Shown here: in pieces, positions 60,126-64,000 of the stretch
Layout: each line of letters begins with the position of its first letter
How positions within the stretch are numbered: position 1 is the stretch's first letter
Origin: Leucoraja erinacea
Lineage: Eukaryota
Reading direction: 5' to 3'
NCBI RefSeq assembly: GCF_028641065.1
Contig: NC_073380.1
Location: forward strand, 93,806,001 to 93,870,000
Length of the DNA: 64,000 nt
Notes under the pieces: model-generated
What the model saw: the letters and a program-made list of their open reading frames with translations, nothing else
Told to the model about the DNA's origin: nothing
Databases searched by the model: none
Translations under genes and position numbers: made by a program

Positions 60126-60307
60126 CAAAATGCTGGAATAACTCAGCGGGACAGGCAGCATCTCTAGATAGAAGGAATGGGTGGTGTTTTGGATCAAGAC
60201 CCTTGGGCCATTCCTTCTACCCAGAGATGCTGCCTGTCCCGCTGAGTTAATCCAGCATTTTGTGTCTAACTTTGGTTTAAACCAGCATCTGCAATTCCTT
60301 TCTACCA
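60126..60307. mobile_element. Penelope-derived element, inverted pair, perfect 13-bp TSD
   Basis: CCTTATTTCAACA at 60113-60125 and 60308-60320; arms about 60124-60180 and 60208-60265 are reverse complements. Confidence 0.85.
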
Positions 60308-61027
60308 CCTTATTTCAACAATCGTGCAAGCAGATTTCAGAAGGAACGTGCAGTTTCTGACTGCAAACAGCACTTAACATGAACTGTTCACAAATCAACT
60401 TTACTGGCTACTTATCCAGAGGAAAATCATGATATTCACGCCATGAGGCCTATAATATACCTACACATTGCAACATATGTTGAACAATAATTAACAGATT
60501 GTTTGTCTTTGACTTGAATGGACTTTGCTTTAATAGTCATTGTGTGTTTAGTAAGCAGTCAAGATAATTCACTGACATCAGAAAAACACATTGACATTGC
60601 ACTTTGTGCTCACAATGTATTGCTACAAATAAAATCACCTATGATGGCAGGTCAGGATCCTGGCTCAAATCGTTGCCCACCCCACTGCTGTGCACATCTG
60701 TGCTAGAGCTAGGGACAGGATAATGCCCAGCTCTGCTTCTGCCCCTATAGCAATGAATTTCTCCCCCAGGCATAGTGCGGAGATGCTTCCTGAAATGCCT
60801 GGCAGGTGCAGGCGCTCAGCGCTGATTGCACTGAACCATAAATGATGCTCTGCCACGAGTGCACCCTGTTAGAGCCAGCGTTTGTACAACATTCCTGACA
60901 ACAGCAAGTAAGCCAGGAGTTTGCACCAAGTCCCCAGCATTGAATCAGGAAGGCAAGGGTTCTTGCCAGCAACATGAGGCCCAAAGACGGTGTATTTTTT
61001 AAAGTATATATCTGTGAATGTACCAAA

Positions 61028-61160
61028 TGTGTATTAAGGAACTGCAGATGCTGGTTTAAACTAAAGATAGACACAAAATGCTGGAGTCACTCAGCGGGAT
61101 AGGCAGCATCTCTGGAGAGAAAGAATGGGTAATGTTTCAGGTCGAGACCCTTCTTCAGAC
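61028..61160 (-). mobile_element. Penelope-derived short repeat
   Basis: Minus strand agtCTGAAGAagggtctcgacctGAAACattac. Confidence 0.8.
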
Positions 61161-61500
61161 TAATGGAGTTTAATCTAAACAAGGGTAAGGCGTTGCATTT
61201 TATGAAGTCACATGTAATGGAAAATTATACAATTAATGGCAATTAATTGGTCAATTAACAGATTGATGTGCAGTGGAATCATGGGGTCCTAGGCCACAGC
61301 TCCCTGGAAGTGGCAACGCTAGTAGATAAAGGGGCAACGAATGCTGATGGAATGCTTGCCTTCATAGGTTAGGCCGCATTTGGAGTATTGTGTGCAGTTA
61401 TAGTCGCCGCATTACAGGTAGGATGTGAAGGCTTTGGAGAGGGTGCAGGAGTGGTTTACCCAAATGCTGCTTGGATTAGAGGGTATTAGCTATAAACTGA
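61161..61500 (+). mobile_element. Degenerate CR1 fragment
   Basis: VRPHLEYCVQL, ALERVQ. Confidence 0.75.
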
Positions 61501-61804
61501 GTTATGTTACGTTTATCAACCTTGGTGTCATTAGAGCATCCTGTTCCTGACTTTAGACAATTAGGTTTGAGCTGATAGGAGGGCAAGTCAAAGCACCAAC
61601 CTCTGTAGGCACACAGTTTAAACATCTTATTTAGTCAAGCTTTCAGATATTCTTGATTCTGATGGATCTTTGAAAAAAAAAAAACAGAATGCTGGACACA
61701 TTTTTGGAGCAGTCAGTTGCGCATAGATCTTATATCTGTCTTTCAGCAGCCAAAACTGGCTGCTGTCCAGGTCTTTTTAGAATTTTACTATTAGAATATT
61801 GAGA

Positions 61805-62075
61805 GAAATAGCTTGGCAAATGGACTTTCAGCCCATCAAATGCACGCCAACCATTGGTCACCTGGTCATATTATTTCAATGATATCTCGCTTTTCATCCA
61901 TTCCTACAACTAGGGCAATTTAGATGTCAATTAACCTATAAACCTGCACATCTTTGGAATGGGAGAATGCACAGGGAGAATGCGCAAACTCCACACAGAC
62001 AGCGCCCAAGGTCAGAATTAAAACTGAGTCCCTGGCACTGAGGCAGCAGATGTACCAGCTGTACCACTGTGCTGT
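61805..62075 (-). mobile_element. Degenerate V-SINE
   Basis: gggagaatgcgcaaactccacacagacagcgcccaaggtcagaat. Confidence 0.7.
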
Positions 62076-62094
62076 ACATTTTAGAATGCTTTAG

Positions 62095-62690
62095 CTTACT
62101 TAGTGTCATGTGTACTGAGGCACAGCGAAAAACTTTTGTTGCTTGTTAACCAGTCAGCGGAAAGACAATACATGATAATTGGGCCATCCACAGTGTACAT
62201 GCTAAAGGGAATAATTCTTAGTGCAAGATAAAGTCCGATTAAAGATAGTCCAAGGATCTCCAATGAGATAAATGGTAGCTCAGGAGTAGGTAGGATGGTA
62301 GGATGGTTCACTTCCCTGATAACAGCTGGAAAGAAGCTGTCCCTGAATCTGGAGGTGTGTTTTGACACTCCTATATCTCTTGGCTGATGGGAGAAGGGAG
62401 AAGAGTGAGCGGACGGGATGAGACTCATTCTTAATTATCCCGTGACCTTGCCGAGGCAGCATGAGGTGTAAATGGAGTCCATCGAAGGGAGGTTTGTTTT
62501 ATTATGGTCAAGGCTGCACCCACAATTCTCTGCAAATGTTTGCGGTTTTAGATGGAGTTGTTCCTAAACTATGCTGTAATGTATCCCGATAAAATGCTTT
62601 CTACAGCGCATCTGTAGAAGTTGGTGAGAGTTGTTGAGAACATTCCGAACTTCCTAAGCCTTTAGCAAGTAAAGGCGCTGGTGTGCTTCC
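62095..62690 (-). mobile_element. Rex1/Babar 3' fragment
   Basis: GIIKNESHPVRSLFSLLPSAKRYRSVKT / TSRFRDSFFPAVIR. Confidence 0.85.
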
Positions 62691-63053
62691 CTCTGGCAAC
62701 TAGGTGAAACCTCACGGCACTGTTTGAATCATTTTTATCACCTGTTTGTGAAGGAAATGTTTGGGTTAGACAAAAGTCTGTTATATCCCATCTCACATGC
62801 AACTGAATTTGTTGCAGTTCATTTAGGGTAGAACCTCATGCTTGAGTGTCACTACAAATTCAGGATAAATCTCCACATTCTCTGTACGTATAATATGAAC
62901 GATTAAAAAGCTGGAAATTACAGAATTTTACCAATTGAATACAAGAGTTATGAGTCCAGCACTGTGACACAGATAAACCCAACTTTATTCAAAGAATGCA
63001 TTACATTTCTTCCTGGAACTCCAGATTTTGCACAACAAAATAAAAAGCAATTG

Positions 63054-63306
63054 TGTTCAAGAGGGAACTGCAGATGCTGGAAGATCGAAGCTACACAAAA
63101 TTGCTGGAGAAACTCAGCGGGTGCAGCAGCATCTATGGAGCGAAGGAAATAGGCGACGTTTCGGGCCGAAACCCTTCTTCAGACTGATGGGGGGGTGGGG
63201 AGGGAGAAGGAAGGAAAAGGGGAGGAGGAGGAGCCCGAGGGCGGGCGGATAGGAGGGTGGGAGGAGACAGCTAGAGGGTTAAGGAAGGGGAGGAGACAGC
63301 AAGGGC
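63054..63306 (-). mobile_element. Young Penelope-derived insertion, perfect 13-bp TSD
   Basis: TAAAAAGCAATTG at 63041-63053 and 63307-63319; colinear with the 3' UTR of the GIY-YIG copy at 26268. Confidence 0.88.
63152..63187 (-). ncRNA. Minimal type I hammerhead ribozyme motif
   Basis: Minus strand UCAGU-CUGAAGA-A-GGGU UUCG GCCC-GAAAC-GUC-GCC: full core, stem II with UUCG loop, loopless palindromic stem III. Confidence 0.7.
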
Positions 63307-63603
63307 TAAAAAGCAATTGAGTTTTTATTGACTTCTATAAATACAATTACTCAAAAGTGCATTGACAACTAAGTCTAAAGCATGTTACTGGTATTTTATC
63401 ACTAGAAAGACCAAGGACAACAGCATCCACAAAACGGCAATTCTCTCATCATACCGAACATAAATTATTATGCTAAAAAATCCACAAAGAGAATACAGCA
63501 ACATAATAAGATAACATATGTCAAGTCACTAAAACTAGATTGAATATTAAACAGCTGTCAGAAAGCTCCAAAAACAACAATAAAAAAGTGGTCTTCTTAT
63601 ATA

Positions 63604-64000
63604 CAGTGCAATCAAAAAGTACTCAGACCCCTTCACTTTTTCCACATTTTGTTACTTTACAGCCTTATTTCAAAATGGATTAAATTCATTTTTTATCATC
63701 AATCTACACACAATACTAGTCAGGATTGAGGGAAAGATGAAGGGAGCAAAGTACAGAGAGATCCTTGCTCCACAGCATTCTGCACCACAGACTGGGGCGG
63801 GGTTCACCTTCCAACAGGACAAGGACCCTAAGCACACAGCCATGATAACGCATTAGTGACTTCGTGACAAGTCTGTGAATGTCCTTGAGTGACCCAGCCA
63901 GAGCCCGGACTTGAACCCGATCGAACATGTCTGGAGGGACCTGAAAATAGCTGTGCATCGACGCTCCCATCCAACCTGACAGAGCTTGAGAGGATCTGTA
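63604..64000 (+). mobile_element. Tc1 transposon: left end joined by internal deletion to DDE region, running off the window
   Basis: TA|CAGTGCAATCAAAAAGTACTCAGACCCC; then [48 protein letters not shown]. Confidence 0.9.

Overview
Repeat-dense vertebrate non-coding DNA, intronic or intergenic. The repeat families (HE1/V-SINE-type tRNA SINEs with CR1 tails, abundant CR1, Rex1/Babar, L2, Penelope-derived repeats) point to a cartilaginous fish, probably a skate or ray (inference). I found no intact host protein-coding exon; almost all ORFs in the track are transposon remnants or chance frames. Main observations: (1) a hAT-type non-autonomous element carrying a decayed piece of an IQSEC/BRAG Arf-GEF exon, nested in a Tigger-like element with its own exon-like cargo. 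Several other TIR and Helitron elements also carry GC-rich, exon-like cargo. (2) A family of Penelope-derived short insertions with 8-14 bp target duplications and minimal hammerhead ribozyme cores, several as inverted pairs, tied to a GIY-YIG-coding copy. (3) A hammerhead-like motif with its three core strands in reversed (non-circularly permuted) order in the 3' UTR of a HERO-like retrotransposon remnant. (4) A teleost-like Tc1 element and several enhancer-like unique blocks. Two N gaps are present. Family assignments come from recalled motifs, not database searches; coordinates of degenerate repeats are approximate.
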